Origin: an uncultured Chloroflexia bacterium | GTDB lineage: Bacteria > Chloroflexota > Limnocylindria > Limnocylindrales > CSP1-4 | DNA: 64,000 bases | Direction: 5' to 3' | NCBI GenBank assembly: GCA_963768655.1 | Contig: CAVYIM010000003.1 | Span: forward strand, 608,001 to 672,000 | Shown here: in pieces, positions 30,399 through 40,829 of the stretch | Layout: each line of letters begins with the position of its first letter | Position numbering within the stretch: the first letter of the stretch is position 1 | Translations under genes and position numbers: made by a program | The notes under the pieces: generated by a model | Told to the model about the DNA's origin: nothing | Database searches by the model: none | Seen by the model: the letters and a program-made list of their open reading frames with translations, nothing else

Positions 30399-31640
30399 TT
30401 GGACACCAGGAAGCTCGCAGTATCAATGATCGCAGTGGCCGCCATCGTGACGGGCTGCTCATCCTCGGCGACGCCGTCCCCGACGGCGCCCCCGACCGCT
30501 GCACCGACCCCCGTGCAGCTCACCATCGGTTCATTCGACAGCACCTTCGCCGCGATGTCTCAGCTGACCAACCTGACCGGACAAGGTTCGGGCTCCGTCG
30601 GCGTGATCCTCCCCGACGTCACCACGTCGGCGCGGTACACCAGCTATGACCTCCCGTATCTGACCACGGCATTCCAGGATGCCGGCTACTCGTCCTCCCA
30701 GTTCAACATCCAGAACGCCTCTGGAACCACCACCACCGAGGTGGCGATCGCCCAGGCCGACATCGCCGCCGGTGCCAAGGTCCTTCTCGTGGACCCGCTT
30801 GACGGCCCGACCGGCACGCAGATCCAGTCTCTGGCCCAGAACGCCGGCATCCCGTACATCAGCTACGACCGCGCTACGTTCCAGGGCACGAACACCTACT
30901 ACGTCAGCTTCGACAACGTCCAGGTGGGCAAGCTCATCGGCCAGGGCTTCATGGACTGCGTCAAGGCGTGGAACGTCGCCAACCCGCAGGTCTACGAGCT
31001 GGATGGCGGCGAGGACACTGATCCGAACGCCATCTCGTTCGCCGCTGGTTACAACAACGTCGTCTGGGGCACGGCCCTGACGAACACGACCGTCCTCACC
31101 CCCGGCGGGACCAACAGCGCCGGCATGACGCTCGTCGGCGATGCGATTGCCCCCGGCTGGGACAACACCAAGGGCGGGTCCATCTTCCAGCAGGCCTACA
31201 CCGCCAACCCCAAGATCAACGCCACGATTGAGGCCAACGACGGCCTTGCCGGCGCCGTGATCACCGTCCTCAAGGGCGCGGGCGTCGCCGCCAAGACGAT
31301 CCCGACGACCGGACAGGACGCCACCCTCGCGGGCATGGAAGCCATTCTCCAGGGCTATCAGTGCGGTTCGGTCTACAAGCCGATCTACCTCGAAGCCCAG
31401 GCAGCGGTCGCGCTGGCCACCTATCTTCGCGCCAACGTGACGCCGCCCGCCGCCCTCGTCAACAGCACCACCACCGATCCGGCGGACACCTCCATCACTG
31501 AGCCGGCGGCTCTCCTGACCCCGGAGTGGGTCACCGCCACCAATATGGAGACGACCGTCATCAAGGACAAGTTCGTCAGCGTGACGGACCTGTGCAACGC
31601 TGTCGGCGCATCCGTCTGCACGGCCGCCGGCATCTCCTAA
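30399..31640 (+). CDS. Monosaccharide ABC transporter substrate-binding lipoprotein (XylF/ChvE-like)
   Basis: Lipobox IVTGC, ISYDR, YYVSFDNVQVG, ANDGLA, TGQDA, SVYKP. Confidence 0.92.
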   Translation: MDTRKLAVSMIAVAAIVTGCSSSATPSPTAPPTAAPTPVQLTIGSFDSTFAAMSQLTNLTGQGSGSVGVILPDVTTSARYTSYDLPYLTTAFQDAGYSSSQFNIQNASGTTTTEVAIAQADIAAGAKVLLVDPLDGPTGTQIQSLAQNAGIPYISYDRATFQGTNTYYVSFDNVQVGKLIGQGFMDCVKAWNVANPQVYELDGGEDTDPNAISFAAGYNNVVWGTALTNTTVLTPGGTNSAGMTLVGDAIAPGWDNTKGGSIFQQAYTANPKINATIEANDGLAGAVITVLKGAGVAAKTIPTTGQDATLAGMEAILQGYQCGSVYKPIYLEAQAAVALATYLRANVTPPAALVNSTTTDPADTSITEPAALLTPEWVTATNMETTVIKDKFVSVTDLCNAVGASVCTAAGIS

Positions 31641-31696
31641 CCGATAGCAGGTCGCGAGGGCGCATACGCCCAAGCGTATCGAGTCATCGCGACCCA

Positions 31697-31733
31697 GCCG
31701 TGTCGCACCCGCACTTCGCGGGTGCGACACGGC
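31697..31733 (+). terminator. 16-bp perfect hairpin after the SBP gene (partial terminator or mRNA stabiliser)
   Basis: GCCGTGTCGCACCCGC-ACTTC-GCGGGTGCGACACGGC. Confidence 0.65.
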
Positions 31734-31875
31734 GTATTCAGGACCTGCGTGCGTGCGCACGTACGGCGGATAGACTGATATCGCACCCGGCGGAGCCACA
31801 GGCGCGCGAACCACGGATCGCAAACCGCCAGGAATTGCCAGGGACGCTTCGCGAGCGCAGATGGGAGTCCAAGCG

Positions 31876-32730
31876 ATGTCATTGACTCATATGGAGGAGC
31901 CCGCCGGAGGTGCTCCGGCCCCGGGGGGTCAGGCACTCGCCAATGGACCGGGGACCGCGGGGCCTCTGCTCATGCTGCGCGGCATCAGCAAGCACTTCGG
32001 TGCGGTGCAGGCGCTATTCGGAGTCGACCTGGATCTCCCTGCCGGCCAGGTGACCGCTCTCTGCGGAGACAACGGCGCCGGCAAGTCGGTGCTGACCAAG
32101 ACCATCGCCGGCATTCACCAGCCCGATCGTGGGGAGCTGTACTGGGAGGGTCGCCAGGTCCACATCCGCAGCCCTAAAGACGCTGCCTCCCTGGGGATCG
32201 AGACCGTCTACCAGGATCTCGCGCTCGCCGACAACCTGGACATCGTCCAGAACATGTTCCTCGGCCGCGAGAGGCTGAACCGCTTCACGCTCGACGAGGA
32301 CAACATGGAGCGGGCCGCGGGGGAAACCCTGGCCAGCCTGCACGTCACCACAGTGCGCTCCATTCGCCAGCCAGTGGCTACGCTCTCCGGTGGCCAGCGC
32401 CAGGCGGTAGCCGTTGCCAAGGCGGTCATGTGGAATTCCAAACTGGTGATGCTTGACGAGCCCACGGCGGCTCTCGGCGTTGCCCAGACCAGGATGGTGC
32501 TCGACCTGGTCAAGCGGCTCAAGGACCACGGCCTCGCCGTCATGGTCATCTCCCACAACCTCAACGACGTCTTCGAGGTCGCCGACCGGATCGCCATTCT
32601 CCACCTCGGTCGGATGGTCGCCCAGGACCGGGCCTCGGTCTTCGATCGGCAGAGCGCCGTGGACTTCATGACGACCGGAGGGTCGAGTCGTGAGGTCGCC
32701 GCATCCGCACCCAACCAGAGGAGGGACTGA
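31876..32730 (+). CDS. Sugar ABC transporter ATP-binding protein (single domain)
   Basis: GDNGAGKS, IETVYQDLAL, LSGGQRQ, LDEPTAALG, ISHN. Confidence 0.93.
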   Translation: MSLTHMEEPAGGAPAPGGQALANGPGTAGPLLMLRGISKHFGAVQALFGVDLDLPAGQVTALCGDNGAGKSVLTKTIAGIHQPDRGELYWEGRQVHIRSPKDAASLGIETVYQDLALADNLDIVQNMFLGRERLNRFTLDEDNMERAAGETLASLHVTTVRSIRQPVATLSGGQRQAVAVAKAVMWNSKLVMLDEPTAALGVAQTRMVLDLVKRLKDHGLAVMVISHNLNDVFEVADRIAILHLGRMVAQDRASVFDRQSAVDFMTTGGSSREVAASAPNQRRD

Positions 32731-32733
32731 GCC

Positions 32734-34188
32734 ATGGCTGGGGTCGAAGACCAGAACTCAGGCAAGAAGACTTCCGACGATATCGCGACCCAGGCTGAAA
32801 CGGCGCCGGACCTTACCGCGGCCGCGGTCGAGGTCATCCCGCCGGAGATCGTCGCCCAGTCATTGGGCGAGTACATGAGAGCGTGGTCTACCCGAGTCAG
32901 GAGCGGCGACGCGGGCGTGCTGCCCGTGGTGGCAGCCCTGGTCATCGTCACGATCGTCTTCCAGCTCGTGAGCCCCAACCACGTCTATCTCAAGCCGATC
33001 AACCTCGTCAACCTGTTCGACCAGAGTGCGGTGTTCATTCTCCTTGGCATTGGCGAGATCTTCGTCCTGTTGCTCGGCGAGATCGACCTTTCCATCGGCT
33101 ATGTCGCGGCGATCGGCGGAATCGTCGCCGGCCTCCTTGTGCAGAAACCCGGCCCTTCCTTCAGCCTGCCGTCCCACATCGGCCTTCCGTTCGGCATCTC
33201 TATCGCCGTTCCATTCGGCAACATGCCGCTGTGGCCGTTCGACGGGCAGATCTGGCCCTGGTGGCTCGCCATCGCCTTCGCGCTGCTCGTCTGCGCCGGG
33301 ATCGGGGCCCTTCAGGGGCTCATCATTACGCGGTTGAGGCTGCCATCGTTCGTGGTCACGCTGGCCGGACAGATGTTGTTGTTCGGGCTCATGATCATCA
33401 TCCTCGGCAATGCCGGGGGCGTGGGCATCACGAGCATAATCTTGCCCGATCAGCGAGCCTTGTACGGCATCGTCTGGGACTACCTGGACGTCTGGCTCAG
33501 CTGGCTTGGCCTGGCGGTCATCGTGTTGGTGATTGGCGGGTCGATGTGGCGACGTGACGCCAGCCGGCGCCGCAGCGGCCTCGTGGCCCCGCCGGTGGGT
33601 CTGACCGCCGCCAAGATTGTCTTCATCGCGGTCGCGGGCATCGTCGTCGTGGCGATCTGCAACGTCGACCGCAGCCAGGGGAAGCTACCGATCATCGGCG
33701 TCCCGTGGGTCATACCGCTGGTCCTCGCCATACTCGGAGGTGCGACGATCCTGCTCGAGCGGACTCAGTTCGGGCGACACGTGTACGCCGTGGGAGGCAA
33801 CCCCGAGGCGGCCCGGCGGGCCGGCGTCGGCGTGACTTCGATCCGCACCTGGGCTTTCATCATATGCGCGACCGTGTCCGGCATGGGCGGCATCGTCTAC
33901 GTCTCATCGCTGGGCGGCATCACGACCAACATTGCCGGTGGCCAGTACGTGCTCTTTGCCGTGGCCGCCGCCGTCATCGGTGGCACGAGCCTCATGGGCG
34001 GTCGTGGGCGCGCGATCCACGGCCTCCTGGGTGGTCTGACCATCGGAGCCATCTACAACGGCCTGTTCCTGCTCGGTCTCGCGGTCCAGTATCAGTACAT
34101 CGCTACCGGTCTCGTGCTGCTCGCCGCAGTGTCCGTCGATGCGCTCTCGCGCAGGAGCGCGACGTCCGGCAGCATGGCCCGGGTCTAG
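32734..34188 (+). CDS. Sugar ABC transporter permease (XylH-like)
   Basis: GEIDLSIG, PSFVVTLAG, FGRHVYAVGGNPEAARRAG, AAAVIGGTSLMGGRG. Confidence 0.93.
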   Translation: MAGVEDQNSGKKTSDDIATQAETAPDLTAAAVEVIPPEIVAQSLGEYMRAWSTRVRSGDAGVLPVVAALVIVTIVFQLVSPNHVYLKPINLVNLFDQSAVFILLGIGEIFVLLLGEIDLSIGYVAAIGGIVAGLLVQKPGPSFSLPSHIGLPFGISIAVPFGNMPLWPFDGQIWPWWLAIAFALLVCAGIGALQGLIITRLRLPSFVVTLAGQMLLFGLMIIILGNAGGVGITSIILPDQRALYGIVWDYLDVWLSWLGLAVIVLVIGGSMWRRDASRRRSGLVAPPVGLTAAKIVFIAVAGIVVVAICNVDRSQGKLPIIGVPWVIPLVLAILGGATILLERTQFGRHVYAVGGNPEAARRAGVGVTSIRTWAFIICATVSGMGGIVYVSSLGGITTNIAGGQYVLFAVAAAVIGGTSLMGGRGRAIHGLLGGLTIGAIYNGLFLLGLAVQYQYIATGLVLLAAVSVDALSRRSATSGSMARV

Positions 34189-34375
34189 CCGGGCCGCGCG
34201 CCGGTTCCTCGGGGCACGGCTCGCGCCGGAGGCTCGTTTCCGCCGCCTTCGATTCGGGCGCCCTCGACCGGGGCGCCCGAACCTGGATCGTGCCCGGAGG
34301 AACGGGTGTCGGGCCGCGGAGGCCGCGAGGACGGCTGGCGGTCGGCGCCTTCGGCCTGTGGCGAGCCGCCGCTCG

Positions 34376-34405
34376 CCGGTGACTCCCGGTGACTCCCGGT
34401 GACTC
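34376..34405. repeat. 10-bp tandem repeat x3 (CCGGTGACTC)
   Basis: Read directly, immediately upstream of the hrcA -35 box. Confidence 0.8.
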
Positions 34406-34409
34406 GCCG

Positions 34410-34439
34410 TTGACACTCTCGGGGCGGGACTGCTACCAT
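34410..34439 (+). promoter_or_regulatory. hrcA promoter (TTGACA-18-TACCAT) overlapping a degenerate CIRCE
   Basis: TTGACACTC-N9-GACTGCTAC at 34410-34436. Confidence 0.75.
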
Positions 34440-34451
34440 CGGCGCAGCCAG

Positions 34452-34478
34452 TTAGCACTCGACTAGTGAGAGTGCTAA
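34452..34478 (+). promoter_or_regulatory. Perfect CIRCE element (HrcA operator)
   Basis: TTAGCACTC-GACTAGTGA-GAGTGCTAA. Confidence 0.98.
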
Positions 34479-34608
34479 CCAACCGCCAGGGCCTCGCCGG
34501 CCGGGGGATCGGCGGTGCCGCGGTCCCGGGACATCGCCTCGGACTCGACGCACCGACGCCGCTTCCAGGTACGGCTCCGCCCGACGGGAAAGCATCGGAG
34601 TGTCACCC

Positions 34609-35682
34609 ATGGCGCGACGGCCACGCCGCACCAACGACACGCTGGACGAGCGATCGGGCGCCGTCCTGCGGGCCGTCATCGACGAATATGTAAGCTCCGC
34701 GGTGCCCGTCAGCTCGGGTTCGCTGGTGGCGCACTACCCGCTCGGCGTGAGCAGTGCCACCGTTCGGGGCATCCTGGCGGATCTCGAGACCATAGGCTTG
34801 CTGACCCATCCTCACACCAGCGCCGGGCGCGTACCGACGGACGCCGGCTATCGCTACTACGTCCGGGTGCTTGCCGACGAGCAGTCGCTGCCGCCTGTGG
34901 AGCAGCGCATGATCCGCCATCAGTTCGGCCAGGTCGAGTTCGCCAGCGAGCAGTGGTTCCGCCTCGCGGCCAGCACCCTCGCGGCCAATACCGGCACCGC
35001 CGGCCTGGCGACCACCGCCAAGCCCAAGGCCGCCCGCGTTCGCCGGGTGGAGCTGCTCTCGGTCCAGGACCGCATGGCTTTGATGATCGTGGTCTTCCGC
35101 GAGGGGACGACCAGGCAGGTTCTTCACAACCTCGCCATGGCGGCCGAGCAGGACGAGTTGACCCGGGTCGCCGGGCTGCTGAACGTGCTTGCGGTGGACC
35201 GGACCGCCGACGAGATCGAGGCGGCGCTGGCCGACCTGCCGCTCGCCGAAGAGGCCGGCGGCGGCTCGGACCTCCTGCATCGCTTCGGCGAGTTGCTCGT
35301 CCGCGCCATGCGCGAGTTCGACGCCGCAGCCATCGACGATCTCTTCAGCGATGGCCTGCTCAACGTCATGGCGGCGCCGGAGTTCGATCGCAGTGAGAAG
35401 GTGCGTCAAGTCTTCGCCGCGCTCGAGAACCGCGCCTATCTGGGCTCGCTCGTCGAGGCGGTGGCCCGGGCCGGCAGCATCCAGATCTTCATCGGCCACG
35501 AGAACAGGCCGCTCGAGATGCAGGACGTCTCCCTGGTCCTCGCCCCATACGGACGGATCGGGCGAGCGGTCGGCGTCGTCGGCGTTCTCGGGCCGACGCG
35601 CATGTCATATCCACAGGCGATCGCGTCGGTCGAATTCGTCTCGGACCTCATGAACGAGCTGGTGGAGCATCTCTATGCCTGA
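34609..35682 (+). CDS. hrcA: Heat-inducible transcription repressor HrcA
   Basis: VSSATVR, PHTSAGRVPTDAGYRYYV, GVLGPTRMSY; CIRCE upstream. Confidence 0.97.
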   Translation: MARRPRRTNDTLDERSGAVLRAVIDEYVSSAVPVSSGSLVAHYPLGVSSATVRGILADLETIGLLTHPHTSAGRVPTDAGYRYYVRVLADEQSLPPVEQRMIRHQFGQVEFASEQWFRLAASTLAANTGTAGLATTAKPKAARVRRVELLSVQDRMALMIVVFREGTTRQVLHNLAMAAEQDELTRVAGLLNVLAVDRTADEIEAALADLPLAEEAGGGSDLLHRFGELLVRAMREFDAAAIDDLFSDGLLNVMAAPEFDRSEKVRQVFAALENRAYLGSLVEAVARAGSIQIFIGHENRPLEMQDVSLVLAPYGRIGRAVGVVGVLGPTRMSYPQAIASVEFVSDLMNELVEHLYA

Positions 35683-36295
35683 TCGACCCCTGACCTCGCG
35701 AACCCACCACCGCGGCGCGGCCGGCGACTGGCCCGGGCAGCCTTCCTCCGGGGCACATCCCGCCGAACCCCCGACCGACACCGGCGCCGAGCTGGAGCGG
35801 CTTCGGGCCGAGCTGGAGGCGGCCCAGGCAGAGACCTCCGAACACCTGGCCAGCCTGCAGCGGACCGCGGCCGACTTCGCCAACTTCCGGCGCCGTACGG
35901 CCGAGGATCGAGAGCGCGAGCTCGGCCTGGCCAGCGAGTCACTGCTTCGCAAGCTGCTGGCCGTGGCCGACGACTTCGATAGGGCGCTGGACACCATGCC
36001 GGCCGACCTTCGGGGAATCGGCTGGATCGAGGGCATCGTCCTGCTCGACCGCAAGCTGCGCCAGCTGCTCGAGAGCGAGGGTGTGACTCCGATAGAGGTG
36101 ATCGGCCGGCCCTTCGACCCGCGCGAGCATGAAGCGATCGCCAGCGTCCCCGCCACGGGGCGGCCCGACGGGGAGATCGTGGCCGAGGTCCAGCGCGGCT
36201 ATCGAGTGAGAGATCGAATCCTGCGGCCGGCGAAGGTCGCGGTCGCCGACGGCGGCGCGGCCGCTCGGGGCGACGCCAATTCATACAGCAACTGA
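35675..36295 (+). CDS. grpE: Nucleotide exchange factor GrpE
   Basis: [33 protein letters not shown]. Confidence 0.96.
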   Translation: MPDRPLTSRTHHRGAAGDWPGQPSSGAHPAEPPTDTGAELERLRAELEAAQAETSEHLASLQRTAADFANFRRRTAEDRERELGLASESLLRKLLAVADDFDRALDTMPADLRGIGWIEGIVLLDRKLRQLLESEGVTPIEVIGRPFDPREHEAIASVPATGRPDGEIVAEVQRGYRVRDRILRPAKVAVADGGAAARGDANSYSN

Positions 36296-36327
36296 CACAC
36301 ACCGATCCAACTAGGAGCGACATACAG

Positions 36328-38253
36328 ATGGGCAAGATCATCGGCATCGACCTGGGCACGACGAACTCCGTCGTGGCGGTGATGGAGGGCGGAGAGCCGA
36401 CCGTCATCCCATCGGCTGAGGGCGGCCGGACGGTCCCCTCGGTCGTCGCCTTCACCAAGAGCGGCGATCGGCTCGTCGGCCAGCTGGCCAAGCGCCAGGC
36501 CGTCACGAACCCGGGCAACACCGTCTACTCGATCAAGCGTTTCATGGGCCGCCGCTTCGACGATCCCGAGGTGGCGCACTCGTTGCCGCTCGTCCCGTAC
36601 AAGGTCGAGCGCGACGCGCACAGCGACGGGATCAAGGTCGTCCTTGCGGACGGCAAGACGTACACCCCGCCCGAAATCAGCGCCATGATCTTGCAGAAGC
36701 TCAAGGCGGACGCGGAGGCGTACCTGGGCGAGAAGGTCACCGAGGCGGTCATCACCGTCCCGGCCTACTTCGACGATACCCAGCGCCAGGCCACCAAGGA
36801 CGCGGGTCGAATCGCCGGCCTGGACGTCAAGCGGATCATCAACGAGCCCACCGCTTCGGCGCTCGCGTACGGCCTGGACAAGAAGCACGACGAGAAGATC
36901 GCCGTCTACGACCTGGGCGGCGGCACGTTCGACATCTCGATCCTCGAGCTGGGCGAGGGCGTCTTCGAAGTCAAGGCCACCAATGGCGACACCCACCTGG
37001 GCGGCGACGACTTCGATCAGCGCGTCATCGAATGGCTTCTGGCTGAGTTCAAGCGCGACGAGGGGATCGATCTCCGCAACGACCCGCAGGCTCTCCAGCG
37101 GCTCAAGGAAGCGGCCGAGAAAGCCAAGATCGAGCTCTCCACCACCACGACGACCGAGATCAACCTTCCGTATATGACCGCCCACGAGGGCAACCCGAAG
37201 CACCTGGTGATGACCCTGACCCGGGCCAAGCTGGAAGACCTGACAGCGGATCTGATCGACAAGACCCGCGGTCCCGTTTCCCAGGCGTTGCGCGACGCCG
37301 GGCTCAAGCCGTCGGAGATCGACGAAGTAGTCCTGGTTGGCGGTCAGACCCGGATGCCGGCGGTCGTCGAGGCCGTCAAGCAGATGTTTGGCGGCAAGGA
37401 GCCGCACCGCGGCGTGAACCCGGACGAAGTCGTGGCTATCGGGGCTGCGATCCAGGCCGGCGTGCTCGCGGGCGAGGTCAAAGACGTCCTGCTCTTGGAT
37501 GTGACTCCGCTCTCGCTCGGCATCGAGACGATGGGCGGCGTGATGACTCGCCTGATCGATCGCAACACCACGATCCCGACGAGCAAGAGCCAGGTATTCT
37601 CGACTGCGTCGGACAACCAGACCCAGGTGGAGGTCCACGTCCTCCAGGGCGAGCGCGACTTCGCCACGGACAACAAGACCCTGGGCAAGTTCATCCTCGA
37701 CGGGATTCCGCCGGCTCCGCGAGGCATCCCCCAGATCGAGGTCACCTTCGACATCGACGCCAACGGCATCCTCGACGTCAAGGCCAAGGATCGGGCGACC
37801 AGCCGCGAGCAGCAGGTCCGCATCACCGCCAGCTCGATGCTGTCCAAGAGCGACGTCGACCGAATGGTCGGCGAGGCCGCGGCCCACGCCGACGAGGACC
37901 GCAAGCGCAAGGACGAAGTCGAGGCCCGCAACCAGGCCGACGCCCTGGCCTATCAGGCCGAGCGCACCCTGCGCGACCTGGGCGACAAGGTCTCGCCCGA
38001 CGACAAGGCCGAGACGGAGCGCCGTGTCGAGGCCGTCCGGACGGCGCTCAAGGGCAGCGACCTGGCCGCGGTGAAGTCCTCATCGGACGCGCTGGTTCAG
38101 CAGCTGCAGAAGGTTGGCACGGCGGCCTACCAGGCTGCCGGAGCCACTCCCCCGGGCGGCACTGACGACGGTCAATCGGGCGGAGCATCCTCCGACGGCT
38201 CGTCTGCCCAGGGGAACGAGGAAGTCGTCGAGGGCGAGTTCAAGGAGGCCTGA
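36328..38253 (+). CDS. dnaK: Chaperone DnaK
   Basis: [30 protein letters not shown]. Confidence 0.99.
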   Translation: MGKIIGIDLGTTNSVVAVMEGGEPTVIPSAEGGRTVPSVVAFTKSGDRLVGQLAKRQAVTNPGNTVYSIKRFMGRRFDDPEVAHSLPLVPYKVERDAHSDGIKVVLADGKTYTPPEISAMILQKLKADAEAYLGEKVTEAVITVPAYFDDTQRQATKDAGRIAGLDVKRIINEPTASALAYGLDKKHDEKIAVYDLGGGTFDISILELGEGVFEVKATNGDTHLGGDDFDQRVIEWLLAEFKRDEGIDLRNDPQALQRLKEAAEKAKIELSTTTTTEINLPYMTAHEGNPKHLVMTLTRAKLEDLTADLIDKTRGPVSQALRDAGLKPSEIDEVVLVGGQTRMPAVVEAVKQMFGGKEPHRGVNPDEVVAIGAAIQAGVLAGEVKDVLLLDVTPLSLGIETMGGVMTRLIDRNTTIPTSKSQVFSTASDNQTQVEVHVLQGERDFATDNKTLGKFILDGIPPAPRGIPQIEVTFDIDANGILDVKAKDRATSREQQVRITASSMLSKSDVDRMVGEAAAHADEDRKRKDEVEARNQADALAYQAERTLRDLGDKVSPDDKAETERRVEAVRTALKGSDLAAVKSSSDALVQQLQKVGTAAYQAAGATPPGGTDDGQSGGASSDGSSAQGNEEVVEGEFKEA

Positions 38254-39578
38254 TCGGGCCGTTCGTCCTGCTGCGCGTACGGATCCCAGCGCGCCGCTCT
38301 GGAACTCTGGGCTGGCGCGCTGGTGCTTGGGGCTGGCGCGCCGGCGGTCGCCGGCCGTGGCACCCACGCCCGCGATCTGCCGACGCGGGCGAGCGTCCTG
38401 CGGGTCCGCTGCCGGTCCACGAGCTCGATCGAAATCGGTACGAGCAGCCCGACCGCCACGGCCGTCGTGAGGACGAGGAGCACAAGCAGTGCGGCGATCG
38501 CAAGCTGGAAGGGGCCGGTTCCCGAGCTGGGCCACGCCAGCACGTCGGTGCGGCCGGCGAGCGTGGCGACGGTGATGATCGTGAAGGCCGCCACGGGCAG
38601 GGTGTAAACCACAATCGCCAGTGCGTTGGCCAGCCGCAGGCAGATCGACCAGGCCGTCCCGACCAGCGAGCCGCTCGACCCGGAGACGCCCAGCCTCGCG
38701 AACAGATCCGGCAAATGACGCGCCGGGTCTATCAGCCAGCCGAACGGATCTTCGGAGTTGCGCTGGGCCAGTTCCACGGCCACGAGGGCGGCAATGAGGC
38801 CCGGCAGCGCATAGCCCCGCCAGAAGAGCGCGGCCGGCACGAGCAGGCCGACCGCGATCCGGGCCTGAGTCCGCAGCATGGCCAACCAGCAAGTGCCGGC
38901 GCGATACGGTGTCAGGTACGGCGTCGCCGCTCCAAGGCCCGGTGCGTTGTGGGTCGAGAGGCCCAGGAAGATCGAGAAGAAGAGCAGGGCCAACGCTCCG
39001 ATGACGGCGAACGCGATGGCCATCGCCTCGAGCAGCCCCTGGTGGCCGTTGTCAACCTGCGTCCAGGCCAATGTGATCGAGCCCGTCTGCAGGGCCGCGC
39101 GCGCAACTGGAGTCAGAGTCGTGACTATCAAGGCGCCGTCGACGAGGAGGAGCGTCAGGAGCCCGGCGGCGAGGTAACCCACGAACCACACCGGCACGAA
39201 CGCCCGGGTCGCCAGCGACCAGGCGATGCGGCGCCTGATCCAGCCGGTGAGGGACGGCAGCCGGAACCGCGGCTCCGGCTTGGGCTGAGCCTGAGGTGCC
39301 GAGAAATCGCGGACCGGCGTTGGGGCCAGGGCAACCGGCCGCGAGTAGTAGGCCGGAACATCGTCGTCCGACGGTCCCCCACCCGGGCCGCCCACGGCCG
39401 CGGGACCGGCGCCGATTGCACCGGGAAGGAACGGCGCTGGACCCGGCGTTCCGCCCGGCCGGGCGATCGGCGCAGACTCCTTCGGCTTGCTGCCGAACTT
39501 CTGGTGGCAGTGGTAGCACCGGCCCGTGCCGGCGCGATTGAGCGACCGGCAATGCTGGCAGACCCAGAATTCGTCCAC
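38172..39578 (-). CDS. Membrane protein with N-terminal RanBP2-like zinc ribbon and DUF4328-like TM region
   Basis: [10 protein letters not shown]...RCYHC, Pro/Gly linker, about 5-6 TM segments; AGGAG SD. Confidence 0.75.
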   Translation of the reverse strand: MDEFWVCQHCRSLNRAGTGRCYHCHQKFGSKPKESAPIARPGGTPGPAPFLPGAIGAGPAAVGGPGGGPSDDDVPAYYSRPVALAPTPVRDFSAPQAQPKPEPRFRLPSLTGWIRRRIAWSLATRAFVPVWFVGYLAAGLLTLLLVDGALIVTTLTPVARAALQTGSITLAWTQVDNGHQGLLEAMAIAFAVIGALALLFFSIFLGLSTHNAPGLGAATPYLTPYRAGTCWLAMLRTQARIAVGLLVPAALFWRGYALPGLIAALVAVELAQRNSEDPFGWLIDPARHLPDLFARLGVSGSSGSLVGTAWSICLRLANALAIVVYTLPVAAFTIITVATLAGRTDVLAWPSSGTGPFQLAIAALLVLLVLTTAVAVGLLVPISIELVDRQRTRRTLARVGRSRAWVPRPATAGAPAPSTSAPAQSSRAARWDPYAQQDERPDQASLNSPSTTSSFPWADEPSEDAPPD

Positions 39579-39824
39579 GCGCGAGCTTCTCTCCTGGCCT
39601 GGATGTGCGTCGTGTTGGAACGCCCGACTTGCGCGGCTTCGATGATAGCCTCGCGGATGGGTCCGCGAGACACGCCCGAATGGTCACAGGACCGTTCGGG
39701 GCAATGGTTCTCCCGGAATGCCGGCGGGTCAATGCCTTCCTGGCTCGAATCGATCCGGTCGCCGACTGCGGGCCGGGTCATCGGCAACAGGTTGGACCGG
39801 CACGCCGGGCGTTACCATCGCCCC

Positions 39825-40829
39825 GTGCCAGACGCCGTACCCTCACCGGAATCCGCGATCCATGCCCGCAGCCTGACGAAACGCTTCGGGGCGTTCACCG
39901 CCGTCGACAGCGTCGACTTCGACGTGGCCGCCGGCGAGTCCTTCGGGTTCCTCGGCCCCAACGGCGCCGGCAAGACTTCCACGATGCGGATGATCGGGAC
40001 TGTCTCGCCGGTTACCGCCGGAACGCTCACCGTCTTCGGGCTGGACCCGGCTCACAATGGGGCTCGGATTCGGTCCCGGCTGGGCGTCGTCCCTCAAGCT
40101 GACACGCTCGACAACGAGCTGAGCGTCCTGGAGAACCTGCTCATCTACGGGCGCTACTTTGGCCTGTCGTGGGGCGAGGCCGGACGTCGAGCCACGGAGT
40201 TGCTCGATTTCGTGCAGCTGACGGAGCGATCCGGCGATCAGGTCGAACCGTTGTCCGGCGGCATGAAGCGGCGCCTCGTGATCGCGCGGGCCCTCATCAA
40301 CGACCCGGAGATGCTCCTCCTCGACGAGCCGACGACCGGCCTGGACCCCCAGGCCCGGCACCTGCTGTGGGACCGCCTGTACCGGCTCAAGCAGCGCGGC
40401 GTGACCCTCTGCCTGACGACCCACTACATGGACGAGGCGGAGCAGCTGTGCGACCGGCTCGTGGTCATGGACAAGGCGAAGATCGTGGCCGAAGGCTCGC
40501 CCCGCCAGCTGATCGAGCGATACGTCACGCGCGAGGTGCTGGAGCTGAGGTTCAATCGCGAGGACGAAGCCGAAGGCGACCGCGTGGCGACCGGCCCGGC
40601 AGGCGATGGCGTGACGAACGGCGGCGACCCCGACCTCGACGGCCAGCTCGAGGGCCTGGCCGAGCGAATTGAGCATCTGCCCGACCGGCTGCTCGTCTAC
40701 ACGGCCGACGGGGACGCGACCGCGGCCGCCGCCTTCGAGCGCGGGCTTCGACCCGCCAGCGTCCTCGTTCGCCGGAGCTCGCTGGAGGACGTCTTCCTCC
40801 GGCTCACCGGCCGCAGCCTGATCGAATGA
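39825..40829 (+). CDS. ABC-2 exporter ATP-binding subunit (NodI/DrrA-like)
   Basis: GPNGAGKT, LSGGMKRRL, LDEPTTGLDPQAR, TTHYMDEAE, SLEDVFLRLTG. Confidence 0.93.
   Translation: MPDAVPSPESAIHARSLTKRFGAFTAVDSVDFDVAAGESFGFLGPNGAGKTSTMRMIGTVSPVTAGTLTVFGLDPAHNGARIRSRLGVVPQADTLDNELSVLENLLIYGRYFGLSWGEAGRRATELLDFVQLTERSGDQVEPLSGGMKRRLVIARALINDPEMLLLDEPTTGLDPQARHLLWDRLYRLKQRGVTLCLTTHYMDEAEQLCDRLVVMDKAKIVAEGSPRQLIERYVTREVLELRFNREDEAEGDRVATGPAGDGVTNGGDPDLDGQLEGLAERIEHLPDRLLVYTADGDATAAAAFERGLRPASVLVRRSSLEDVFLRLTGRSLIE

Noticed and set aside
38715-39824. N-terminal 370 aa of the 704-aa ABC ORF in the track
   Set aside because: Largely antisense to the zinc-ribbon membrane gene; ATPase homology starts near GTG 39825.
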